From the NCBI GenBank assembly GCA_963422375.2, contig OY729427.2:416001-480000 (forward strand): a stretch of 64,000 nucleotides of DNA, given 5' to 3'. The notes below the pieces were generated by a model. That model made no database searches. It saw only the letters and a program-made list of their open reading frames with translations, and was not told the DNA's origin. Position numbers and translations under genes: made by a program. The DNA comes from Bryobacterales bacterium. GTDB taxonomy: Bacteria > Acidobacteriota > Terriglobia > Bryobacterales > UBA6623. This document shows positions 24,604 to 33,290 of this stretch, in pieces (the stretch's first letter is position 1; every line of letters begins with the position of its first letter).

Positions 24604-25978
24604 CGCCCATTCAACTCCGAAGTGCGACACGCGCCGAGCCACGAGATGGCAGGGAGGGGAGAGGGGGGGCAGCGAGCGGTGGTGTCGCGGCAGTAGGCTG
24701 GTAGGTGCTGGAAGGAGCAGGGAGGCGGATGCGGAAGAGCTACACGCACGTGACGCAGGAGGAGCGCTGCCGGAGCGAGACGCTGCGGGCCGCGGGCTGG
24801 GGAGCGAACAGGATCGCCGGGCAGCTGGGCCGCAAGCGGGCCACGATCTACCGGGAAGTGAGCCGCAACGGCCGACCGGCGGAGGGCGAGCGCGCGGCGA
24901 GCTACAGCTGGGGGAGCGCGCAGGAGCGCGCGGAGCGGCGGCGGCGCGCGGCGGCGTGCCGGCCGCGCCAGCTGACGTCGGCGCTGCGGACGCGGAGCGA
25001 GGACTGCCTGCGGCAGGACTGGAGCCCGGAGCAGGTCGCGGCGCGGCTGCAGCGGGAAGGGGCGCTGGAGATCAGCCCCGAACGGATCTACCAGCTGGTG
25101 CGCGCGGACCGGCGGCAGGGGGGCCGGCTGTACCGGCACCTGAGGCAGGGCGGCCGCAAGCGCGTCCGGCGGGTCGGCCGGACGGCGGGCCGCGGCCTGA
25201 TCCCGGGGCGCGCGGACATCGCGGAGCGCCCGGCGGAGGCGCGAGCGCAGGCGCGCGTCGGCGACCGGGAGGCCGACACCGTGATCGGCGGGCAGCACCG
25301 CGGGGCGCTGGTGACGCTGGTGGACCGGTTCTCTCAGTACCTGCTAGTGCAGCCGGTTAGCCGGCGCACGGCGCAGCTGGTCGGGGCGGCGATGACGGCC
25401 ATGCTCGCAGGGAGCGGGGCCGTGACGCACACGATCACGGCCGACAACGGCAAGGAGTTCGCGGCAAGGAGTTCGCGGGGCACCGGGAGGCACCGGGAGG
25501 TGGCGCAGCGGCTGGGGGCGGGCTTCTACTTCGCGCGGCCCTACCACTCCTGGGAGCGCGGGCTGAACGAGCATACCAACGGGCGGCTGCGGCAGTACTT
25601 CCCGCAGGGGACGGACCTGCGGCGAGTGGACCCGGCCCGGGTGCGGGAGGCGCGGGACCGCCTGAACCGGCGTCCGCGGAAGGTGCTGGGCGGGCGCACG
25701 CCGGAGGAAGTCTTCCTGGCGGAGCGGGAGCGGGTGCCGCGGGGCTGAGGCCGGGCTGGCAGCCCGCCGCGGGGACAGGGCGCGGGGGAGCTGCGCCCGG
25801 ACAGGCCCGGAGGGTCCCCGTTCCGGAAACGGGGCACGCATGCCCGCCTGCCCGGGACGCGGCCCCCCGCTGCGGCCCGGCAGCGGCTTGTCCGGCGCCG
25901 CTGGATCTGCTACTGTGGTCCTAGTATCCCAGCCCACCGCCCCTTACCCGCGTGTCGCACTTCGGAGTTGAATGGGCG
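24604..25978 (+). mobile_element. IS30-family element, full length (1375 bp)
   Basis: 30-bp TIRs; TGC target duplication at 24601-24603 and 25979-25981. Confidence 0.95.
24729..25748 (+). CDS. IS30-family transposase (open frame with 8-aa insertion)
   Basis: HTH ATIYREVSRN, WSPEQVA, EADTV, TITADNGKEF, WERGLNEHTNGRLRQYFP. Confidence 0.88.
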   Translation: MRKSYTHVTQEERCRSETLRAAGWGANRIAGQLGRKRATIYREVSRNGRPAEGERAASYSWGSAQERAERRRRAAACRPRQLTSALRTRSEDCLRQDWSPEQVAARLQREGALEISPERIYQLVRADRRQGGRLYRHLRQGGRKRVRRVGRTAGRGLIPGRADIAERPAEARAQARVGDREADTVIGGQHRGALVTLVDRFSQYLLVQPVSRRTAQLVGAAMTAMLAGSGAVTHTITADNGKEFAARSSRGTGRHREVAQRLGAGFYFARPYHSWERGLNEHTNGRLRQYFPQGTDLRRVDPARVREARDRLNRRPRKVLGGRTPEEVFLAERERVPRG

Positions 25979-25981
25979 TGC

Positions 25982-27100
25982 TGTAAGTTCTACGTCCTTG
26001 CAGATCTATTCCTTATCTAGGTCCAATTCGCCGTGAGTAAGCACATAGACAATCTGGACTTCTTCGAATCTTAGCATGAAATTACCTGAAGTTCCAACAG
26101 TCTGATATGTCAGATTTCTCTAATACGATTTTGTGGATTCTGGATGCTCTTCCGCTCCCAGTACTAGTAAGGATGTGCTGACCGGAATGTACTGAGAGTG
26201 TCGCACGCCTCCTCCCATCTTGGGCGTCTAGAGAGCGGATGAATCTTTCGGTGAATCCGAGAGAATTCGTCTGATTTTCTTCGAATGATATCCGAAGAAG
26301 TGGCCGGGGATCTAGGGCTGTTCTTGAAATGTAGGATTCATTGTAAACGTTCCCGAACTTGAGACTAAGACGCTCGAGTACTAACATCTGCACGGCAGTT
26401 GCAATGCTCTCGCTCAGCAGAACCTAGCGCGCCATCGAATGTGGCTGCCGTGCCTTGACAAACTGCTTGACCAAGCCCGATGGCGCTCGGCATGTAGCTC
26501 GCCAAAGAGGACATGCGAGAGTTCGTGCAACAGTTTCCATGGCCCATGGGACGCAGGTTCGGTAGCGGATAGCTCGACGAATATGCAATGACGCATGATC
26601 GACGCGGTGGCTAGGATCTCCGCGTCAGCGGTCGGGAGGGAATCCGCGACCGCATCGCTCACGCCCGATTCAAGCATCCGGATCAGAAGCGAACGGCCAG
26701 ATCGAATGCTCGGGTCGTAGCTGGGCGTGCTCGGAGGGACCGGGCTTGGCTCGTACTCGGGAGCCGCCCCACCGACACTGGCCACGACTGACCTGAGGAC
26801 GGCAACGCGCTCTTGGTCCCGCTCGCCCCTCTCCCGCAGCGATTTCGCCAGAAGTCATTGAGACGCCCACGGCTGCAATCCACTTGCTCCGCCAAGCAGG
26901 TGACTCGGTAGAGCGCATTCGCGAACTCGCCTGAATCGGTGGCGAACGCCAATCTGAAGACCATGAAAGAGGGCGACGCCGAACATCGGGATGCTTGTGT
27001 ACCCTGCGACTTGGGCAGCGTCAACTGCGAGCACGCCCCGTGTCGAGCGAGGCCGCGCACCATCCTCCTAGGCCCGCCGGCGCCTGCCACAAGCTGGCTT
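25982..27100 (-). pseudogene. decayed lower-GC gene fragments, one with an HExxH motif
   Basis: Broken ORFs; LLHELSHVLFG in 26414-26785; interrupted by IS30 and the MITE. Confidence 0.3.
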
Positions 27101-27107
27101 GTAGCTA

Positions 27108-27362
27108 GTGCTTGTGACAAAACCCCTGAATTCTGGCCTGATCAGCATTTCATACTACATCCTGATGTCGGATGGATTTCCAAACACAACATATAGGGCC
27201 CAAGGTCGGAAGTTGCTCAGCCGCCCATCGCGAAGATTTCCGCGCTCTATCCAGAATCGCCAGGATTTCGGATTAGTCGTAGCATTCCAACGAAATCTTC
27301 GCCTTGAGAGATTGGACCTAACGCCTTTGTTGTCAAGGGCATACGAGTTTTGTCACGGGCAC
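27108..27362. mobile_element. 255-bp MITE
   Basis: TIRs GTGCYYGTGACAAAAC; TAGCTA duplicated on both sides; second partial copy at 5447-6841. Confidence 0.9.
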
Positions 27363-27990
27363 TAGCTACCCGGGACGTAGTAGACCGTTGCAGGCACGCT
27401 TGCTCTCGCCAGACCTTCGTCGAAGGCCACAGGAGGGCCGTCACTCGTGCGGGGCGGCCGTGCCTCCACCGCGAACTTCCTCGCCATCGCATGCATCGCC
27501 TAGGCGGAGCACTCTGCCTCCGAAACAGCGCTGCTGCAATCACCCCGGAGCCCAGCCCGTGATCTGGATGCGCACGTTTCGCGTGGCTGCTGAAATGCCT
27601 CGCGAGAGGTGCCCGGATGCCGATCTCGAGCGCAGCAGCAGTCCGGCCCCGAACCCTCATGCCCGGCAGACGCTCGCTCTGCCGTGATGAAACTAAAGCG
27701 TGCGAGCGGCACTCGATGGAGCCCGCCTGACGCATCGACACCGACCTGCAGGCCTTCGAGTCAGCGCCTGAGAGCCATCGAGCGGGGCGGCCCCGTCTTG
27801 GCCGGGTCGCGGCCGTCGTCCCCTGAATCCGGGTCATCCCTCGGGGCTCCCGCAGATCGCGGCAAGCGGTCGCGTACGTCCAGTCCCGAGCCGGGAGGGC
27901 GCGATACGCCGCACGACTGGCCGGCTCGCGGATTGCCCGAACGAGCGAATGATCCGCAGGCATGCGGCGACTACCGCGCCGCAGCGACCG

Positions 27991-28557
27991 CTAGGAATCC
28001 CTCAGATGTGCCACGAGTCGGTCCGTAATGCGGTCGATGATCATGGGCACGGACGTGGCCAGTGCCGCCTCAACCTGTTCGCGGATCAATTCCCGCGACC
28101 CTCCATCATCCTTCGCGCCAAGAGCCTCCTGCACGAGCCTGTCGATGACCTGTTGACTCGAATCCATGTCCGACGGTTCTTCCTCGGGCGCGATCTCGCC
28201 CGCGATCCCGCTGACTAAGTCTCGAAGCATCGCGGGGTCCAGAGGCTTCTGCACGACGGCATGGACACCGGGAGGCGGCTCGTCCCCCTCCTCGACGGCC
28301 TCGAGCGGCCCTAGAAGCATCACGATCCGGACACCTGACAGGTCCCGCCGAGCGAGGATCGCGTCGCACAGTTCCGGGCCGTCAGGCATGGGAAGCCCCG
28401 CGTCCAAGAGCGCTAAGTTCGGCTGGAATCGCTCGAGCCGCTGGAGCGCACCCGCCCCCTCGTAGACTCCCGCTACCTCACAGCCGTCCTCGCCGAGCGT
28501 CTGCTCCACTATGCGGTGGACATGAGGATTGTCGTCCGCGACGAATATCTTGAGCAC
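27991..28557 (-). CDS. response regulator receiver-domain protein
   Basis: VADDN, LLD, QKP; conserved Thr/Ser appears to be absent; short helical C-terminus. Confidence 0.8.
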   Translation of the reverse strand: MLKIFVADDNPHVHRIVEQTLGEDGCEVAGVYEGAGALQRLERFQPNLALLDAGLPMPDGPELCDAILARRDLSGVRIVMLLGPLEAVEEGDEPPPGVHAVVQKPLDPAMLRDLVSGIAGEIAPEEEPSDMDSSQQVIDRLVQEALGAKDDGGSRELIREQVEAALATSVPMIIDRITDRLVAHLRDS

Positions 28558-28563
28558 TGGCGC

Positions 28564-29709
28564 CTATTCCGGCTCTTCCGCTTCCTCCGGTTCCTCCTCC
28601 GGCGGATTGCGACGGGCATCCGGCTCCGTGTCGAGCGCACTGGGGCCCGAAATCGTCTCGACCGTCACGTCCGCGCTGGGAGTGATCGCGGCGGCGGCGG
28701 CGGCCTGGATTCCGGGCGGCGTCGAGGGCATGAGCGTGGTCATCGCCGGAGCACCCGCCTTCGCTGCCAGCCCAAGGTTGGGCTTGCCTCGGAACAGGCC
28801 CCAGAACTTACCCATCGTGCCCGGCTCGAAACGGTTCTCCACGTTGTACCGGTGCAGCTCGAAGCGCTCCGGATCAGCTTCCGGGAGATCGCGCTCCATC
28901 GCGCTGAGCTTCTCCTTGGCACCGTCGACCAAGGGGCTCATGGGATAGTCCGAGACGATCCTGCGGTATGCAGCCACCTGCTGCTCCTCGAAGTTGTCGC
29001 CTAGCCGGCCGTAACTCTCGCCGAGCTGCCACAGGGCTTGATCGGCCCTGCTGAAGAGCGGATAGTGGTCGGTCACGGACTGGAGCCGGTTAACCCCGGC
29101 CCGATAGCTGCCCTTGTCGACGTAGAACATGCCCACGCGGTACTCGCCCTCGGCGATCACCTCCTGCGCGTTGCGGAGCAGCTGCTCGGTCTCCTCGCGG
29201 AACACCGTGTTCGGGTAGCGCAGCAGGAGCTGCCGGCACTCCTGGTCCGCCCTCACGGCGTGGATGTTGTCGCGGTCGGGCTTCTGCAGCTGGTTGTAGT
29301 GGATCTGGCAGATCTTCAGCTGCGACTCGGCCGCCTCCTCCATGTTCGGGAAGAATGTGATGAAGTCCTTGTACTCCGCCTCCGCCTGGGCGAGGCCGGC
29401 CGAGGTGCCCTCGCGGTACCAGCTGTCCGCGATGGCAAGCTTGGCCTTCGCGATGTACTCGCTATCCGGGTAGGTGTTGATCAGTGTCTGCAGCGTGATC
29501 CGGGCCAGCTCGTACCGGTGGCGCTCGATGTTCTCGACCGCCTTGTCGAACAGGATCTTGTCCGGCTGCTGCGAATTGTTGGCTATGGGGTTGTCGTAGG
29601 GGCTGCGCCCGCAGCCCATTGCTCCAACGAGCAAGGCTGCGCAGGCGACCGCCCGCGTCAGTCGACGGACAGGCACGCTCCCCATGATACGTCGAATCGG
29701 AATTGCCAT
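28564..29709 (-). CDS. bamD: outer membrane protein assembly factor BamD
   Basis: Lipoprotein signal (MGC); TPR pattern LINTYPDSEY, YKDFITFFP, PDRD. Confidence 0.9.
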   Translation of the reverse strand: MAIPIRRIMGSVPVRRLTRAVACAALLVGAMGCGRSPYDNPIANNSQQPDKILFDKAVENIERHRYELARITLQTLINTYPDSEYIAKAKLAIADSWYREGTSAGLAQAEAEYKDFITFFPNMEEAAESQLKICQIHYNQLQKPDRDNIHAVRADQECRQLLLRYPNTVFREETEQLLRNAQEVIAEGEYRVGMFYVDKGSYRAGVNRLQSVTDHYPLFSRADQALWQLGESYGRLGDNFEEQQVAAYRRIVSDYPMSPLVDGAKEKLSAMERDLPEADPERFELHRYNVENRFEPGTMGKFWGLFRGKPNLGLAAKAGAPAMTTLMPSTPPGIQAAAAAAITPSADVTVETISGPSALDTEPDARRNPPEEEPEEAEEPE

Positions 29710-29731
29710 GCAGCGAGACCCTCCTCGGTAG

Positions 29732-30418
29732 TTACGCGCGGACCGGCGCGGAGCGGTTCGCGCAGTCGGAAAGCGCGATGACGTTGCCGGTCACGTCGTC
29801 CGTGCCGAACACGCTCGAACCGGCCACGAGAATGTCGCAGCCTGCCTCGGCCAGAGCTCGGGCGTTGGCGGTGGTGACGCCTCCGTCCGCTTGGATCAGG
29901 AAGTCCAGGCCGCGTTCTGCCCTGATGCGGTCCAAGCGCTCGATCTTGCCCATGGCGGAGGCGATGAACTTCTGGCCGCCGAAGCCCGGGTTCACGGTCA
30001 TGACGAGAACCTGGCGGACCTGGGCAAGGACCTCCTCGAGCAGGAACACCGGCGTGGCCGGGTTCAGCGCCACGCCGGGCGCGGCCCCGAGATCCGCAAT
30101 CAGGCCCAGCGTCCGCGCCAGATGCGTGCAGGCCTCTTGGTGGACCGTTATCATCTGCGCCCCGGCCTTGCAGAACGGGTCGATGAACGCGTCCGGATCG
30201 GACACCATCAGGTGGCAGTCCAGCACCATCGGCGTGTGCTTCCTGAGCGACTCGACCACCGGGATGCCGATCGAGATATTCGGGACGAAGTGCCCGTCCA
30301 TCACATCAATGTGCAGGAAAGTCGCGCCGCCGGACTCGGCTTGGTTAACCTGCACGCCCAGCCGGGCAAAGTCGGCCGCAAGGATGGACGGGGCGATCTC
30401 GACCACGGCAGCCGACAT
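29732..30418 (-). CDS. rpe: ribulose-phosphate 3-epimerase
   Basis: APSILAADF, HIDVMDGHFVPN, VNPGFGGQ, DGG. Confidence 0.97.
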   Translation of the reverse strand: MSAAVVEIAPSILAADFARLGVQVNQAESGGATFLHIDVMDGHFVPNISIGIPVVESLRKHTPMVLDCHLMVSDPDAFIDPFCKAGAQMITVHQEACTHLARTLGLIADLGAAPGVALNPATPVFLLEEVLAQVRQVLVMTVNPGFGGQKFIASAMGKIERLDRIRAERGLDFLIQADGGVTTANARALAEAGCDILVAGSSVFGTDDVTGNVIALSDCANRSAPVRA

Positions 30419-30470
30419 CTTCGGCTCCTAGTCTAGCAGCCGCCCCGCGACGGCCTGAGAGAATGTCACC

Positions 30471-31055
30471 ATGCAGTCCTCGCGAGTCCGCAGCCCTGTC
30501 GGGGAGATCCGCCTGCTGGCGAGCGACGCCGGGCTGGCCGCGATCTACTTCCCGCCGCAGGCCGAGCGCATCGAGGCCCGGCTGGCGCCTGGCGGCCTGC
30601 GAAGGGGCCATGGGAACATCTACCTGCTGCAGGCGGAGGCGTACCTCGCCTGCTACTTCGACGGCGACCTAGAGTATTCGCCCGGCATCCCGCTGGAGCG
30701 TCGCGGCACGGCGTTCCAAGCCGAGGTCTGGGACGCCCTCTGCGAGATCCCGCCCGGCGCGCGGGCGAGCTACCGCGGGCTGGCGGCGCGCCTGGGTCGC
30801 CCGGGAGCGGTGCGCGCGGTGGCCGGAGCCGCCGCGCGCAATCCGCTGTCCGTCCTAGTGCCCTGCCATCGCGTCGTGGGCGCGGACGGCAGCCTGACCG
30901 GGTACGCCGGGGGTCTGCGCGTCAAGCGGCTACTGCTGGAGCACGAGGAACGGTTCACGCCGGCGGCCCAGCACGACCGCGGGTGGGTTGGCCGCAGCGA
31001 CTCTCTCGGCGAACGATTACAGAAAGCGTCAATCGGAATCGCTCCGAATCTGTGA
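30471..31055 (+). CDS. ogt: methylated-DNA--protein-cysteine methyltransferase
   Basis: GTAFQAEVW, VPCHRVVG, GYAGG. Confidence 0.93.
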   Translation: MQSSRVRSPVGEIRLLASDAGLAAIYFPPQAERIEARLAPGGLRRGHGNIYLLQAEAYLACYFDGDLEYSPGIPLERRGTAFQAEVWDALCEIPPGARASYRGLAARLGRPGAVRAVAGAAARNPLSVLVPCHRVVGADGSLTGYAGGLRVKRLLLEHEERFTPAAQHDRGWVGRSDSLGERLQKASIGIAPNL

Positions 31056-31489
31056 CGCCGCCTGACGGGGTGTCTTGCAAGCCACAGGATGGAGCTAGTG
31101 ACGGCTACGGTTACAATGCACGAGCGCGGGTACGGCCGCGGCGCGGCCGATGAGGCCGGACGCGCGCGACGCTTGCGCACGCGTCGGGCTAAACTGACGG
31201 TGTGCTCAAGGACACGGTCCACGTTCACGTCGGCCCCGCCGTCCGCGGTCGCCAGATCCACGTCTCCTCGCGGCTGTGCCGGGGCGTGTGCGGAGGCCCT
31301 CGAGCGCGACTTTCCCTACCTGGCCCCGCGGGGCGTCGCGCCCGCGAGGCGGGCGGAAGGAGCGGAGGCACCGTGAGGCGGGCGATCGCCGCCATCGCCG
31401 CGCTGCACGCGCTGCAGCCCGTGCCGGCGCAGAAAGCGGGCGGCCCCGGCTTCACCTTGCTGGGCGCTTCGAGCGTCTACGCCTGCGAG

Positions 31490-31720
31490 GTCCTCGACGC
31501 CTACTACTGAGAGGCGCAACGGTGCCATCAATGCGCCGAGGTCGAGGCGAGCCGTCGCCATGGCAAGCGGTGCGCCTGCAAGGGCTGCGGCTACTCAGGC
31601 GATGCGGACGTCAACGCTGAGATCAACGTCTTGCAGGCTCTAGAACTCGCCGACGGTACCTTCCAACCGCGGCAATGGCCGCGGTGCTGCCGACAATCGG
31701 CTGAGTCAGAAATAACTCTT
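31490..31720 (+). pseudogene. TnpB C-terminal relic (zinc ribbon plus RuvC-III)
   Basis: LDAYY*EAQRCHQC...CACKGCGYSGDADVNAEINV fits the TnpB pattern YTSQxCxxC...CxxCG..DADxNAAxNI. Confidence 0.7.
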
Positions 31721-31725
31721 GACTC

Positions 31726-33264
31726 GAGCCTTTTGCAAAAATCCCGAGCTAATAGCATTATCATTTAGTTAGTCTATTAAGTATTCGATATAATCAATGG
31801 AATAGAACTGCAGTAAATGTAGTTTTAATGGATTTTCATGCGTTTTGAGTTTCCTGGAAATCCCTTGCCCTCCGTGCTATTATTGTAATGCAAGCCTAGT
31901 AAACAGCTGGCAGGATTCAACGAATATGTCCTTGATAGAAACCGTATCCGCGTACTGGTTCACGTTCCAGCAGGGGCTGTTCCCCTGGCTCGAGCAGGAA
32001 CTCGGCCCCCTCGGCGAGCGCTACCGTAGCTTCGTCCAAGCGGTGGAACTGGCGCAGGTCGAGGACTGCCTGCCCGTCGGGCAGGGCGGCCGCGGCCGCC
32101 CCCTCGCAAGCCGCGCCGCCATGGCGCGCGCTTTCATCGCCAAGGCCGTCTTCGACCAGCCCGCTACGCGCTCGCCGGTCGAGCGCCTGCAGACCGATCG
32201 CACCCTGCGCCGACTGTGCGGCTGGGACCTGGCCGGGGCCGTGCCCGGCGAGGCAACCTTCTCGCGCGCCTGCGCCGAGTTCGCCGCCGGCGAACTGCCC
32301 GGACGCTTGCACCAGGCGCTGCTCGCGCGGACGCTCGACGGCCGCTTGGCAGGGCACGTCTCCCGCGACTCGACCGCCATCGAGGGCCGCGAGCGGCCCG
32401 CCGCGAAGCCCGCGCCGGAACCGGAGCCGAAACGCAAGCGCGGGCGCCCTCGCAAGAGCGAGCAGCGGCCGCCCGCTCCGCGCCGACTGGCGCGGCAGCC
32501 CGACATGAATCTCGAAGCAATGCTGCACGACCTGCCGCAGGACTGCGATACCGGCACCAAGCGCAACGCCAAGGGCCGTACCGTCAGCTGGCGCGGCTAC
32601 AAGCTGCCTATCGACGCGATCGACGGCGGGATTCCGGTCAGCTGCCTGCTCACCGCGGCTTCGCTGCACGACAGCCAGGCCGCGATCCCGCTGGCGACAC
32701 GGACCGCGGGCCGCGTCGACAACCTGTACGACCGGATGGACAGCGCGCGCGACGCGGCCGGGATCCGGGCCTTCAGCGAGCGGCTCGGGCACGTGCCGCT
32801 CATTGATGTCAACCCGCGCGGCCGGACGGAGCTGCAGGCGGATCTGGCACGGGAGGCGCTGCGCAGCGCCTGGCGGGCGGATCCCGCGAAGCTGCGCTAT
32901 CGGGAGCGCTCGACGGTGGAGCGTGTCAACGGCCGCCTGAAGGACGATTGCGGCGGGCGCCACGTGCGCGGCCGCGGCCGCGGCAAGGTGCTGTGCCACC
33001 TCCTGTTCGGCGTGCTCGCGCTGACGGTGGAGCAGCTCCTGCGCCTGGCGCTCCGAGAGCCCGGGCCGCCGGGACAGCCGGGCAGAGCGCCCGCCCGCCG
33101 GGCCGGGCCGGGAGAGCTGCGCCTGCACGGGGCCGCTCCTCGCAGGAGCGCCCCGAAGCGGAGCAAGCCCAGCTGAAGGGAGTCTTTTTCGGCGAGAATA
33201 ACAGCCCGGAAACTAGTCGTTCATGGGGCGGTCAGCCCTCTTTTCTGAATTTTGCAAAAGGCTC
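31726..33264 (+). mobile_element. IS element (IS4/IS5/IS1182-type DDE), 1539 bp
   Basis: 15-bp TIRs GAGCCTTTTGCAAAA; GACTC duplicated at 31721-31725 and 33265-33269. Confidence 0.92.
31926..33176 (+). CDS. DDE transposase
   Basis: SRDSTAIEGRE, WRGYKL, LHDSQAAIPL, YRERSTVERVNGRLKD; ATG 31926; activity uncertain. Confidence 0.85.
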   Translation: MSLIETVSAYWFTFQQGLFPWLEQELGPLGERYRSFVQAVELAQVEDCLPVGQGGRGRPLASRAAMARAFIAKAVFDQPATRSPVERLQTDRTLRRLCGWDLAGAVPGEATFSRACAEFAAGELPGRLHQALLARTLDGRLAGHVSRDSTAIEGRERPAAKPAPEPEPKRKRGRPRKSEQRPPAPRRLARQPDMNLEAMLHDLPQDCDTGTKRNAKGRTVSWRGYKLPIDAIDGGIPVSCLLTAASLHDSQAAIPLATRTAGRVDNLYDRMDSARDAAGIRAFSERLGHVPLIDVNPRGRTELQADLAREALRSAWRADPAKLRYRERSTVERVNGRLKDDCGGRHVRGRGRGKVLCHLLFGVLALTVEQLLRLALREPGPPGQPGRAPARRAGPGELRLHGAAPRRSAPKRSKPS

Positions 33265-33290
33265 GACTCGTTACGTATCATTGTCGCGGG

